Assembly: GCA_965214705.1 (NCBI GenBank)
Contig: CBDCCI010000001.1
Location: forward strand, 608,001-672,000
DNA from: Alphaproteobacteria bacterium
GTDB lineage: Bacteria; Pseudomonadota; Alphaproteobacteria; UBA828
DNA: 64,000 nt
Reading direction: 5' to 3'
Shown: piece by piece, positions 42,895-53,500 of the stretch
How the letters are laid out: each line of letters starts with the position of its first letter
How positions within the stretch are numbered: the stretch's first letter is position 1
Position numbers and translations under genes: made by a program
The notes under the pieces: generated by a model
The model's database searches: none
The model's input: the letters and a program-made list of their open reading frames with translations, nothing else
Told to the model about the DNA's origin: nothing

Positions 42895-44253
42895 TCATCG
42901 CGGGCCCGCAGGGGCCGTATCCTCGCCCGGCCCCGTCGCCGGCCGGCCGACACTCACGGAGCGAAAGCCGACGGCGGCCAGCTCGGCCGGATCGTAGATG
43001 TTGCGGAGATCGACGATCAGCGGCGTCCTCAGCAAGCCCCTGACGCGCTCCAGGTCGAGCGCCCTGAACTCGTTCCACTCGGTGAGGACGAGCAGCGCAT
43101 CCGCGCCCGCCATCGCATCGTAGGAATCGCGGCACCAGACCACGCCATCGAGAACGCGCCGCGCCTCGTCCATGCCGGCGGGGTCGAAGGCGCGGACCGT
43201 CGCTCCCCTCTCCATGAGGCCGCGCAGGATGACGAGGCTCGGGCTTTCCCGCACGTCGTCGGTGTTGGGCTTGAAGGTGACGCCGAGCGCCGCGACGGTC
43301 TTGCCCGAGACTGTGCCGCCGCAGGCCTGCACGATCTTTTCGATCATCCTGGCCTTGCGCTCGCCGTTGCTGCGCAGCACCGTCTCGACGATGCCGCATG
43401 GCGCACCGGCTTCCTCGGCGATGCGGGCGAAGGCCGCCGTGTCCTTGGGGAAGCAGGAGCCACCGAAGCCAGGCCCTGCGTGCAGGAAATACCGCCCAAT
43501 GCGATTGTCGAGCCCGATTCCCTTGGCAACGTCCTGGACATCGGCGCCCACGCGTTCACAGAGATCGGCGATCTCGTTGATGAAGGCGATCTTGGTCGCG
43601 AGGAAGCAATTGGCGGCATACTTGATGAGTTCCGCCGCCTCGAGCGTGGTGAACAGCACCGGTGTCTCAATGAGAAACAGCGGCCGATACAGCGCCCGCA
43701 TGACCTCCCGCGCCCGCGCGGACTCGACCCCGACAACGACCCGGTCGGGCCGCATGAAGTCGCCGACCGCGGAACCTTCACGCAGGAACTCGGGATTGGA
43801 GACGATATCGAACGCGGCGTCCGGCCGCCGGTGCCGGATGATGTCGGCGATTTCGCGGCCGGTGCCGACGGGCACTGTCGATTTGGTCGCGACGACGGTA
43901 TAGACGTCGAGCGCATCGGCAACCTGGCAGGCGGCCTTGCGGATAAAGGAAAGGTCCGCATGGCCGTCGCCGCGGCGGCTCGGCGTGCCGACCGCCAGCA
44001 TCACCAAGTCGGCTCCCGGCACGGCGTCGGCGACATCGCCGGTGAAGGAGAGGCGCCTGGCCTCGATATTGGACGCGAACAGCCCGTCGAGCCCCGGCTC
44101 GTAGAACGGCACCCGTCCCGCCCGCAGCGTCTCGATCCTCTCCGGTTCGGCATCGACGCAGGTGACAGCGAATCCGAATTCGGAAAAGCAGGCGGCCGAT
44201 ACGAGGCCAACATAGCCGGCGCCTATCATTGCGATGCGCATTGCAGTGCTCAC
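42895..44253 (-). CDS. ugd: UDP-glucose 6-dehydrogenase
   Basis: IGAGYVGL, TKSTVPVGT, SNPEFLREG, GFGGSCFPKD, FKPNTDD. Confidence 0.95.
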   Translation of the reverse strand: MSTAMRIAMIGAGYVGLVSAACFSEFGFAVTCVDAEPERIETLRAGRVPFYEPGLDGLFASNIEARRLSFTGDVADAVPGADLVMLAVGTPSRRGDGHADLSFIRKAACQVADALDVYTVVATKSTVPVGTGREIADIIRHRRPDAAFDIVSNPEFLREGSAVGDFMRPDRVVVGVESARAREVMRALYRPLFLIETPVLFTTLEAAELIKYAANCFLATKIAFINEIADLCERVGADVQDVAKGIGLDNRIGRYFLHAGPGFGGSCFPKDTAAFARIAEEAGAPCGIVETVLRSNGERKARMIEKIVQACGGTVSGKTVAALGVTFKPNTDDVRESPSLVILRGLMERGATVRAFDPAGMDEARRVLDGVVWCRDSYDAMAGADALLVLTEWNEFRALDLERVRGLLRTPLIVDLRNIYDPAELAAVGFRSVSVGRPATGPGEDTAPAGPR

Positions 44254-44283
44254 CCGATCAACGACTCTGTACGCTGAACCGTT

Positions 44284-44975
44284 CTACGGCGACGGCGCGA
44301 TCCGACGCAGGAAGGATAGCAGTTCCTTCCTCAGCGCCGGATTCTCCAGGGCGCAGGCGACGGTTGCCTGAATGAATCCGGCCGGGCTCCCGCAATCGAA
44401 GCGCTGGCCGGCAAAACGCACGCCCGTAAGGTAAGGGGCGCATCCTGCTCCATCGCCGCCATGACATCGGTGAGCTGAATCTCGCCGCTGGCGTGGCGCC
44501 GGGCGACTGCGCCGCAAGCCGCGCGAAGACACCGGGCAGCAGGACGTAGCGGCTCGTGAGCGCAAGCCGCTACGACGTCGCGACCGGACCGGGCTTCTCC
44601 ACCATGCCGGAGAGCGCGACGGTTCGCGCCTCCTCGGGCGTGACCTCGACAATCCCATAGCAGCCGGTCTCGCCCTCCGGCACCTCGGCGAGCGCCAGCG
44701 CCGCTTCGTCCCCGAGCGCCGCAAATACCCAACGAGTTCCTCGTCGCGATCGAAATGTTCTTCGATCGCCGCCTTACCCGGCCGGTAACGAAGATGAGCC
44801 GGTGGCGAAGATGAACTGCTTGATTTCGGCAGCTCGCGCCTCCTCCACCACATACTGGGTGAGCGGCTTGTCGACCAGAGGCAGCATCTCCTTGGGCACC
44901 AGCCTTCCTCGCGGGTCGAAAGCGCGAGCCCAGGCCAGCGACCGGGAGCACCGCCTTCCTCACGGGTTTCGCCAT
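44284..44975 (-). pseudogene. galU: UTP-glucose-1-phosphate uridylyltransferase pseudogene
   Basis: [30 protein letters not shown] in different frames with deletions. Confidence 0.85.
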
Positions 44976-45125
44976 TCCATAAGCCTCGCTTCGCTGATCG
45001 GCGTCGATCACGGCGGACATATGCCACGCCGGACGCAGCCCAGCAAGCGGGGCGGCCGGCGTGATGGTGTGAGCGTGCGAGCGTGCGCAACGATAGAAGC
45101 GGCCCTTTCCACCTGCTAATCTCCC

Positions 45126-45240
45126 GAACCGCTTATGCACAATGCTCCGGTGAAACGCACATGTAGCGTCTGGCGAGCCTGGAACAGTCGACATTGGTGG
45201 CAGCATCGTGTGCCACCGGAGCCAAGTGCATAAGCGGTTC
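45126..45240. mobile_element. 115-bp MITE
   Basis: 15-bp TIR GAACCGCTTATGCAC; 4-bp TSD TCCC. Confidence 0.75.
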
Positions 45241-45377
45241 TCCCGAATCTGAAGCTCGCCACACAAGGAAGCTTTGTCGGCCACCTCATGGCGGGTCGCC
45301 CGGTCGCGGCTGACGAGAGTCCCGACAGCAGGCGGGTGGAGGATGAACGAGACATCACGACGGACACGAGAAGGCCG

Positions 45378-45500
45378 ATGAAACGTCGCAACCGGATATT
45401 GGTGACCGGCGGTGCCGGATTTCTCGGCTCTCACTTGTGTGAACGGTTGCTCGCGGAAGACAACGAAGTCATTTGCGTCGACAACTACTACACCGGATCC
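45378..45500 (+). pseudogene. UDP-glucuronate decarboxylase-like SDR N-terminal fragment
   Basis: [20 protein letters not shown]...VDNYYTGS, then abrupt switch to RHH sequence. Confidence 0.8.
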
Positions 45501-45643
45501 CGACCGGAGACGGAACCGCCGCTGCCGCCTCGCTTGGTGCTTGACAAGGCGGAGAAGCGCGCTCTTCACGATCATGTGATCGCCATTGCGGAGCGCACGG
45601 TGCCGGCCGGAACGGATGAGGCGGTGATGGCAAGATGCCGTAA
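45501..45643 (+). pseudogene. RHH-paralogue internal fragment
   Basis: [25 protein letters not shown] nearly matches the 17101-17547 protein. Confidence 0.75.
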
Positions 45644-47568
45644 TGGGGCCCGGCACCGATCGGCACCGTTGGAGCCTGTCGCGATGGCCGCAAATCGGGT
45701 GTCGTTGCCCTTACACGCTGAGCATGTCCACGGGGTCTTCCGACGTCTCAACGGTGCGCTCCGAAGGCGCCGGCGATACCGCTGTCGCCATCCGTTGCAC
45801 CGAAGGTGCCGGCAACACCCGTCGGATGCTCGCTCGGGTTGGCTCCGTTACCGAAGAACGCCGCGCCCCACTCTCCTTGCCACCGGGCATCCGACCCGCC
45901 TCCGGAGACCTCCCCCCTCCACACTGACCAGTCCGATATGAACGCTGTCTCGAAACGCAGCTCCGTCGGAATGGACGCCGCACCATTTGCGGGGACGAAG
46001 TCAAAAATCACACCGTCCAATCTGCCATCGTCCATACTCGTCCCGAAGTCGGCCGTCAGTTCCACGTCAGCCTCGAAAGAGCCCACATCCGAGTCGTTCG
46101 ACGATCCGCCCGTATAGTACATCCCGATTGCATCGCCGACGTATATGGCGGTGCCGGTTAGCCTCTGCATGTGAGCCGGTTCGAACGGATCTCCGCCACC
46201 GGCAAGGACGCCGAAGTCGACCGGATCGAAGCTCGTAGCATCGTCCGGCAAATAGAGCCAGTATCCGAGGCTCAGATAATCGGCGGTCGGTACTTCGGCA
46301 GAAAAGGTCGGACGAAGTACTACTTCGTCACTGCCTGAGGCGGCAGGCGTGAACACGACATTGCCACCGTATGGATAATAGTACCCTTTCGGCTGGGCGA
46401 GTTCGAGCCAGCACGGTGATCCGCTGTCGCATGTGAACGTCCCCGATATGCCGTCCAACGTCCCGTCCAAGCCGTCGTCCGGTATCCGAACGCCTTGCCA
46501 GTCGTGACCCGGAAGAAGGTCTGGAATGTCGGCCAGAACGATGGTTCGGTCCGTCTCGCCGTAGCCAACCCAGGGTGCGCCCAATGTGTCGGAGTCGTCC
46601 GCATCGGTCGCGAGAGTGACTTCAAGCGTGCCGCCACTGATGTACTCTTTCCTTCCCTGGAATACCTGCCAGCCATCCCCCAGACCGTGAACTCCGGCTA
46701 TTTCAGACGTCGTGATGCTCCGTCCTTGCCAATCCACGAGCGGATCAGACGGCAGAGCCGCGCTTGTGTGCGAAGTCAGGAATTCCAGGGCATTTGCGTC
46801 GTTGCGGTAAGGAATGGCATTAGCGTACCGCAACGGCGAGGTCTGCACGACAATCGAGTGCCCGGAGCCGGAGATAGGGCTCTCAATACGCCAAATGTTG
46901 GTGTGGCCATCCGCCACACTGACGACCTCGGCTATGGCGTCCGCGGCGGAGGGCTCCTGCCGATCATCGCTTGCTCCGAACGCACCCGTGATGCCGTCGC
47001 GGTCGAAGACGCCGCCGACCTCCTGGTGCAACGGACCGTAGAACATGCCGCTGATCGTGGGATCCACTCCGTCGTTGAAGGCCCCGTTCGTAAGGGAAAG
47101 ATCGTTCCAGAGCATGTCGGGGCGTGCGGTCCCCGCCGCCACATCATGGATGCCGGTGAACGAGACATCGATGTCGGGCTCGGAAAGATCGTCTACGTCG
47201 ACCGTGGCGTCGCCGAGGATCAGGCGGGTGGTTCCGGGCTCGTAGCGCGTCACATCCAAGCCGACCATGACGCCTGTCCATGTGGCGGAGCCCAGGCCAG
47301 TCGGGTTCGTGCCCGTGTATCGGCCAAACGATACGCCGTCGGTGCTAAGTGTCCGGCCCGAAATGAATTGAGTGATTTCAGTGTGTTATGCTTCACTGGT
47401 TGTGTCCAAACAATCAGCGAGGCACAAGATGTGGACTGAAATCACTCGACCGAAGTATGACCGCACGGGGCTGCGTTACGCAAGCGATGGAGTGGACGCC
47501 CCTCCCGGCGGCATCGCGATGTGCCATGTTGGCGGTGGTGTTAACGCCAAGAGAGGAAAGGGGCGTCC

Positions 47569-48591
47569 ATGGACCAAGCTACCATGATCGGGATCGATCT
47601 TGCGAAGAACAGCTTTCAACTGCACGGCGCGGGCAGCGACGGGTCGGTCGTATTCCGCAAGAAGCTGAGCCGAGGGAAAGTGCTGGAGTTTCTGGCTTCC
47701 CAGCCGAGTTGCCAGGTGGCGATGGAGGCCTGCGCCGGCGCTCATTACTGGGGCCGGGAGATCGGCGATCTGGGTCACACGGTGAGGTTGATCCCACCCC
47801 AATATGTCAAGCCTTACGTCAAGCGTGGGAAGAACGACGCCGCGGATGCAGAGGCGATCTGCGAGGCGTCGTCGCGTCCGACGATGAGTTTCGTGGCGGT
47901 CAAGACGGCGGAACAGCAGGGTCGGGTGATGCTGTTCCGGACCCGCGATCTGCTGGTGCGCCAGCGCACCCAGACCATCAACGCGCTACGCGGCCATCTG
48001 GCGGAGTTCGGCGTTGTTGCGGCCCAGGGCCCCGCTCATGTCGCCCGCTTGGCGTCGGCGCTCGAGGATCCGGACTCGGGCCTGCCGGATGCGGTCCGCG
48101 AGTTGGGCAGCCTCCTGTTCGAACAGGTCGCCGGCCTCACCGAGAAGATCGACGGCCTGGAGAAGGACATCCATGCGAGCGCGCGGCAGGATGCGGAAGC
48201 GCAGCGCCTGATGAGCGTGCCGGGGATCGGCCCGATCACGGCGATGGCGATCCAGGCTTTCGCGCCGCCGATGGAGGGCTTCCGGCGCGGCCGGGACTTC
48301 GCCGCCTGGCTCGGCCTGGTGCCGCGCCAGCACTCGACCGGCGGCAAGCCGCGGCTAGGCAAGATATCGAAGATGGGCCAGCGCGATCTCAGGCGACTGC
48401 TGATCACGGGCGCAATGGCGGTCGTCCGCTGGGCTGTTCGGCGGGGCCGGACGAGCGACCCGTGGCTCGCCAGGATGCTGATGCGCAAGCCGCGCATGCT
48501 GGTCGCCGTGGCGCTGGCCAACCGGATGGCGCGCATCGTGTGGGCGCTGATGACGAAGAAGGAGCGTTATCGGGCTCCCGCAGCCGCCTGA
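47569..48591 (+). CDS. IS110/IS1111 recombinase
   Basis: IGIDLAK, MEAC, KNDAADAEAI, VPGIGPITA, GLVPRQHSTGGK. Confidence 0.95.
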   Translation: MDQATMIGIDLAKNSFQLHGAGSDGSVVFRKKLSRGKVLEFLASQPSCQVAMEACAGAHYWGREIGDLGHTVRLIPPQYVKPYVKRGKNDAADAEAICEASSRPTMSFVAVKTAEQQGRVMLFRTRDLLVRQRTQTINALRGHLAEFGVVAAQGPAHVARLASALEDPDSGLPDAVRELGSLLFEQVAGLTEKIDGLEKDIHASARQDAEAQRLMSVPGIGPITAMAIQAFAPPMEGFRRGRDFAAWLGLVPRQHSTGGKPRLGKISKMGQRDLRRLLITGAMAVVRWAVRRGRTSDPWLARMLMRKPRMLVAVALANRMARIVWALMTKKERYRAPAAA

Positions 48592-48900
48592 GAGGCGTCA
48601 AAGCGGGTAGTTGTCGGGGACGCGGGCAGGTCTGAGGAAAGGCAAGGGCAAACGGTCAATCGAGACGGGGTCGGGAAAACCAGCTTTCGGATGCAGAGCC
48701 TTCGAGCTCGCGTCGACCGTGGCGTCGCCGATCAGGCGGGTGGTTCCGCTCGAAGCGGTCACATCCAAGCCGAAGCGATATGGACCCGATCCGCGCATCT
48801 CCATGAGGGCCCGCGGCGTGTGACGTGCCGCATTGAGAGGCCGGACACACGACAGCACCTGACCGCATGCGCTGAGCCGACCGAAGAAAATGCTTGCGTC
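48592..48900 (+). ncRNA. Putative bridge/seek RNA region of the IS1111-type element
   Basis: AAGCGAT (48773-48779) equals the left target flank; CTCCAT (48799-48804) and ACACACGA (48845-48852) match the element ends. Confidence 0.7.
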
Positions 48901-51900
48901 AAACGGGGCGTCCACACACGATCTGAGCGATGCCGAATGGCGCGTGATCGAACCCCATATGCCGGCGCCGAATGCCCTGGGCCGGCCGAGGACGACGGAC
49001 CTGCGGGAGGTGGCGAACGCCATCCTGTATGTCTTGCGCTCGGGCTGCCCCTGGCGGTTGCTGCCGAAGGACTTTCCGCCGCGTTCGACGGTGCAGCGCT
49101 ATTTCGCCGCGTGGCGGGACGACGAGCTGTGGGCGCGCATCAATCACCATCTCCTGATGGCGGCCCGCGAGGCCGAGGGGCGCGAGGCCAGCCCATCGGC
49201 CGGCGTCATCGACAGCCAGTCGGTCAAGACCACGGAAAGCGGCGGCCCACGGGGCTTTGACGCGGGCAAGAAGATCAAGGGCCGCAAACGCCACATCCTC
49301 ACCGACACCGGCGGCCTGCTGGTTGCCGCTCAGGTCCACGCCGCCAACATCCAGGATCGCGACGGCGCCCCCTCGGTGCTCGCGTCCATCCGCCACGCCT
49401 TCCCCTGGCTCCGTCATGTCTTCGCCGACGGCGCCTATGCCGGCCCCAAGCTCGAGGCAGCTTTGCAGCGGATCGGTCAGTGGACCCTGGAGATTGTCAA
49501 ACGCCCGCACGGCGCACGAGGTTTCGACGTCCTGCCGCGTCGATGGGTGGTCGAACGCACACTGGCGTGGTTGAACCGCAATCGACGGCTCGCCAAGGAC
49601 TTCGAGGCCACCGTCGCCACCGCCCAAGCGTGGCTCTTCATCGCCAGCGTTCAGCTCCTCACCAGAAGACTGGCAAGACATTGAAAATCAACACCTTATT
49701 ATGGGCCGGACACTAAGGCTGGACGACGCCGGCAACATGCTTTCATCGCAGGAAGTAACACTTGGTCCCCTACATTGGAGGTGCTCTTGTACAATAAAGC
49801 TACTGTACTCAGAATGCCCAACGTATACCTCGAAGCTGTCCCAGTTATCATCGTCAATACTATAGATAGAATCACCTTTGAATTGGGACATATTTACGCC
49901 GTTGTGTTCCAATATGGGCTTGACGGTGTAACCCTCCGGCAAGGAGTCAAGCGTCAGCCAATTCGTAGACCTAGGTTCCTGATCTATGGGCTGGCCTAAT
50001 GGCTTCCATTCTCCGGTGTCCACCTGGTAATGACGGCCTTCAACCTCATGGGTGGTTTGCCGTGCCGTTCTGTTATAGAGGTTAAGGACTTGACCCTCCG
50101 ACAGATCGAGCGTCGGGTTGCCGTCAGCGAAGCTCTGCCACTTCTCCAATAGCGGTGTCTCGGTGCCGCTGCCGTCGTCCGGCATTGGAAGGCGGGCTCC
50201 GAAGCTGCCTGTGATTTCCGCCGCGTTGTGGTGGAACGTGCCCGCGGCTTCCTCGTGGCCGGAGCCGAGAAAGGCTCCGTTTAGAATTCCAGCGGCGCCG
50301 TCCTCGAAGGTCCCGTCGGCCTGTGTCCGAAGATCCTCGAAGCCGAAGTCGGGTAGGGCACGCCGGCCGTCACGGCTCGCGACTTCCGAAAACGCCACGT
50401 CCACGAGACTGGTGGGGAGGTGGAAGTCGACAGTGGTGCGCCCCTCGACGAATGGATTATCGAGGGGATCGTGGCTGTACTGGTATCCCAGCATCGGGCC
50501 GGACCACTGCGCGCTTTCGTCCGGAAGGCGGCCCGCCACCGTCCCCTGGACGCCGGTCCACACCTCGAAGAGACCTGCAGGTGTGCCGAGCGTGTCGGTC
50601 CACGCATCGCTGTACTTCTGAAAACCCGTCCCGAACGCGCCGTGCTCCATCGTCCCCATGTAACCATCGACGACATGGCGTCCCTGGCGGCCGTCGGTGG
50701 ACGCAGCCGACTGCCGTTCGATCCGCACTAAGCCGATATCCTCGACGAGTCTCGCCGTATCTCTCCCGTCCCATCCGGCCGTTGACGCGAGCACGTCATC
50801 GCGCGTCGTCGCGGTCCAGTCGTTCCATTGACCCGCAGAAGCATTTCGCATCTCGCACGAGGATCCGGTGTCGCACCGATACCGGTGCCAGCCGTTGTCG
50901 ACAGGATCCGCCGCTCCAATCCGATGGGACAAGCCCGCCAGGTGGTCGGCGGTGGCGATCGCCTCCTCGCGGCGGGGCCGGTCGTCGTGCGTAGCGCCAA
51001 AGCTCGCGAGCAGTCCGGCGCGAGGGTCGTGAAGCGTTCCCGCGACCTCCTCATGCTCCGGTCCGTAGAAATTCGCCGAGAGCGTCGAATTCTCGTCCGT
51101 TCCGACAATGGCGTTCTCCGTGAGCGCGAACGGGTAGTATAGAGCGCCGTCGGCAAATGCCTCGGGGTCTCCATCGGAATAGACCGCGAGCGAGGTGAAA
51201 CTCGCGGTGCCGTCCAGGGTGCCGAGATCGACCGCCAGGTTGGCGTCTCCGGTGACCGGCGGCATCCAGTCGTAATCGATTGCCGCCCCGATCAAGCCAC
51301 CCGCATAGCAGACCTTCCCGAACGAGTCCTCCAGCGGGTAGGACATGCCGAAGTCCCCGGTGCTTCGGTAGCCGAATGCGTCGGCGCCCACCTGCAGAAG
51401 ATCGGTTACCTCGAGGGCATGCCAGCGATTGGCTGCGCCATCGTAGTGCGGTTGCGGGTCGGCCAGGTCAATCTGAAGATCGCGGGATACGCTGAGCGTG
51501 AAACCGGCATGGTCTGTCCAGCCCGCGAGCCCGTAGGTCTCGGGCCGCCCGCTCTCCTCCGTCACGGTCATGCCGAGATCCGCGAGGAACGCGAAGTCGA
51601 CGGCATGCGGCAGAAATGGCCGCAACGCCGCGTCCTGACTGCAGTACGCCATGACGGAGGCGCAGACGCCGCTGTGGCCGAAATCATATACGGTCGCCTC
51701 GGGGTCCCGCTCGCCCTCGACCCAGGCATGTGTGTCGGAGGCGTCCTGGAAAGGCGCGGGGCCGCCATGGAGGGCAACGACGTTGGGTCCCGTCCGGGTG
51801 CCGGATTCCGTGTCGGTGTAGGGTGTGTGGGGCACCGGCTCCGTGTGACCCCACCATGCGCCCAGCACATGCCCGATCTCGTGGGTGAGCGTTGCGAACA

Positions 51901-53152
51901 ATCCGGCCTCGCCGGCCTCGTGCAGATATCCTCTGTCGATCGCCACCGATCCGAAATGGGGTTCCCAATCGCCGGGCGGCTGAATCCCCGGAATCGCCGA
52001 GCCGGCCACACGCAGGTCATTGTCCCGGACAGCGATCTCAAGCCCGGTGCTGACCTCGCCTCCGGCCCCGACGTAAACCTGAACAGGGGGACCGGGATAG
52101 TTGTTCAACCAGCCCTTGAGTTCGCCTTGTTCCCGCTCCCACGTGGACCATGTGTCGGCAATCCGGCGGCTCCAGGCCTTGCCGGCGCGTTCGAGCATGG
52201 CACGGAACGCCGGATCGTCTTTCATCGACGGCCCGGCGCTCGAGAGGTCGAATGCGATCGAGAGCGTGTCGGCCGGTCCGCCTGTCCAGCGTCCATAGGT
52301 CACACCATGGCGGGTCCCAAGTACCCGAACCTCGTCGCCATCCTGAAGATCCGGGGCCGCCGGTGCGTCGTCGGAACTCCGAGCCGCCGCTTTGAGCGCC
52401 GTAAGGTCGGCCGCATCGGCGTCCGATGCTGACGTGCTCAGCGAAAGACCATCCGCGATGCTCCGAGTGCGCCGGTGCCCCCAATGATCGAGCAGGTCAG
52501 CCGCGGTCAGGTTGTTGCGGGGACGCTCGGCCAGACGCACACTGCCCGGGCGGGTCAGTTCGGGTGCGGGGGGGGGACGAGAAAAGAGTGTCTACCCCGG
52601 AGCGACCGCTTGAATCGGCTGGCTCGAAAGCCATGCCCACGTCGCTCGCTACGCCGTTCGTATCCGCCGTCGTTGCCGTTCCAGACGGAGCACCGCTTGT
52701 CACAACTGTGGAATCGCCGGACGACTGTGCGCCGCTCTCCGTCTCCGTTGAAGGGAGCCCCCGCATGTCGGCGCTGGGTTGTTCGCCCGCGATGATGGTT
52801 TCACTGCCAACAGATTCCGGGCGCTCCCAGCTCGTCACGGGTCGATCCGTGCCGGATCCCTGGCAGGCCGCGAGCGAGAGTGAGGCAACTGCCATGACAG
52901 GAAGGGGAGAGAGTCGCAAGGCGGGATTCGCGCGCACCATGTCATTTCCTCATCCGACAGATGTTAATCTGAACTTCCGGGGCGGGTATTGGACGGAGCT
53001 AAGTGCTTGCCAAAGCTGCCTGAGCCGACGTTTCGGGCGGTTGCGTACCGGGAATGCTACAGGCTCACGCCGAGCAGGTCGAGGACGTTGTTGGCGCTGT
53101 TATCTGTGTCGGTTCGGTCAATTTCCGGTTCAGAACACACTGATCAACAGTC

Positions 53153-53500
53153 TTAGCGGGCCACACTACAATCCAATGTCCGCCCGACAGCCGTGCCGAT
53201 GCGTTCCGCCGCCGCCTCGGTCTCCCGGTCGCCGACATGTGCGTAGTGCAGCGTCATGCTCGGCCGCCTGTGACCAAGCAGGCGGGAGACGACCGGCAAC
53301 GGGATGCCCCGCAGCACGGCGTGGCTGGCAAACGTGTGACGAAGGTCATGCAGGCGCACGTCTTCGATCCCGGCCTCCTTGCGCACCGAAGGCCAAAGCG
53401 GAAGATCGCGCGAGAACGGCCGCCCGGGGTTCGACGGCGAGGGGAAGACGTAAGGGCACCCGGATCGCGGCTGCCGCTCCAGAATGGCGCGGGCCGTGTT
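53153..53500 (-). pseudogene. Integrase C-terminal fragment closely related to 3474-4661
   Basis: EAGIEDVRLHDLRHTFASHAVL.GIPLPVVSRLLGH nearly identical. Confidence 0.88.

Larger units (their letters stand above)
47489..48922 (+). mobile_element. IS110-family, IS1111 group element
   Basis: Sub-terminal IRs GTGGACGCCCC/GGGGCGTCCAC; CGAT at both junctions; long 3' non-coding end. Confidence 0.92.
47349..49713 (+). mobile_element. IS5-family (IS1031-like) element, interrupted by IS110
   Basis: TIR GTGTCCGGCCC; TAA TSD; transposase MWTEITR...RYASD|LSDAEW...IDSQSVKTT...RRWVVERT (47429-47488 + 48923-49684). Confidence 0.92.
45748..52940 (-). pseudogene. Giant surface lipoprotein (lipobox, HEXXH domain, repeated TbpB-like barrels), split by IS5 and a C9 frameshift
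   Basis: LAAC lipobox; HEIGHVLG; repeated FYGP...GxFGA barrel ends; IS5 removal gives SSSL|STDG in frame. Confidence 0.8.
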
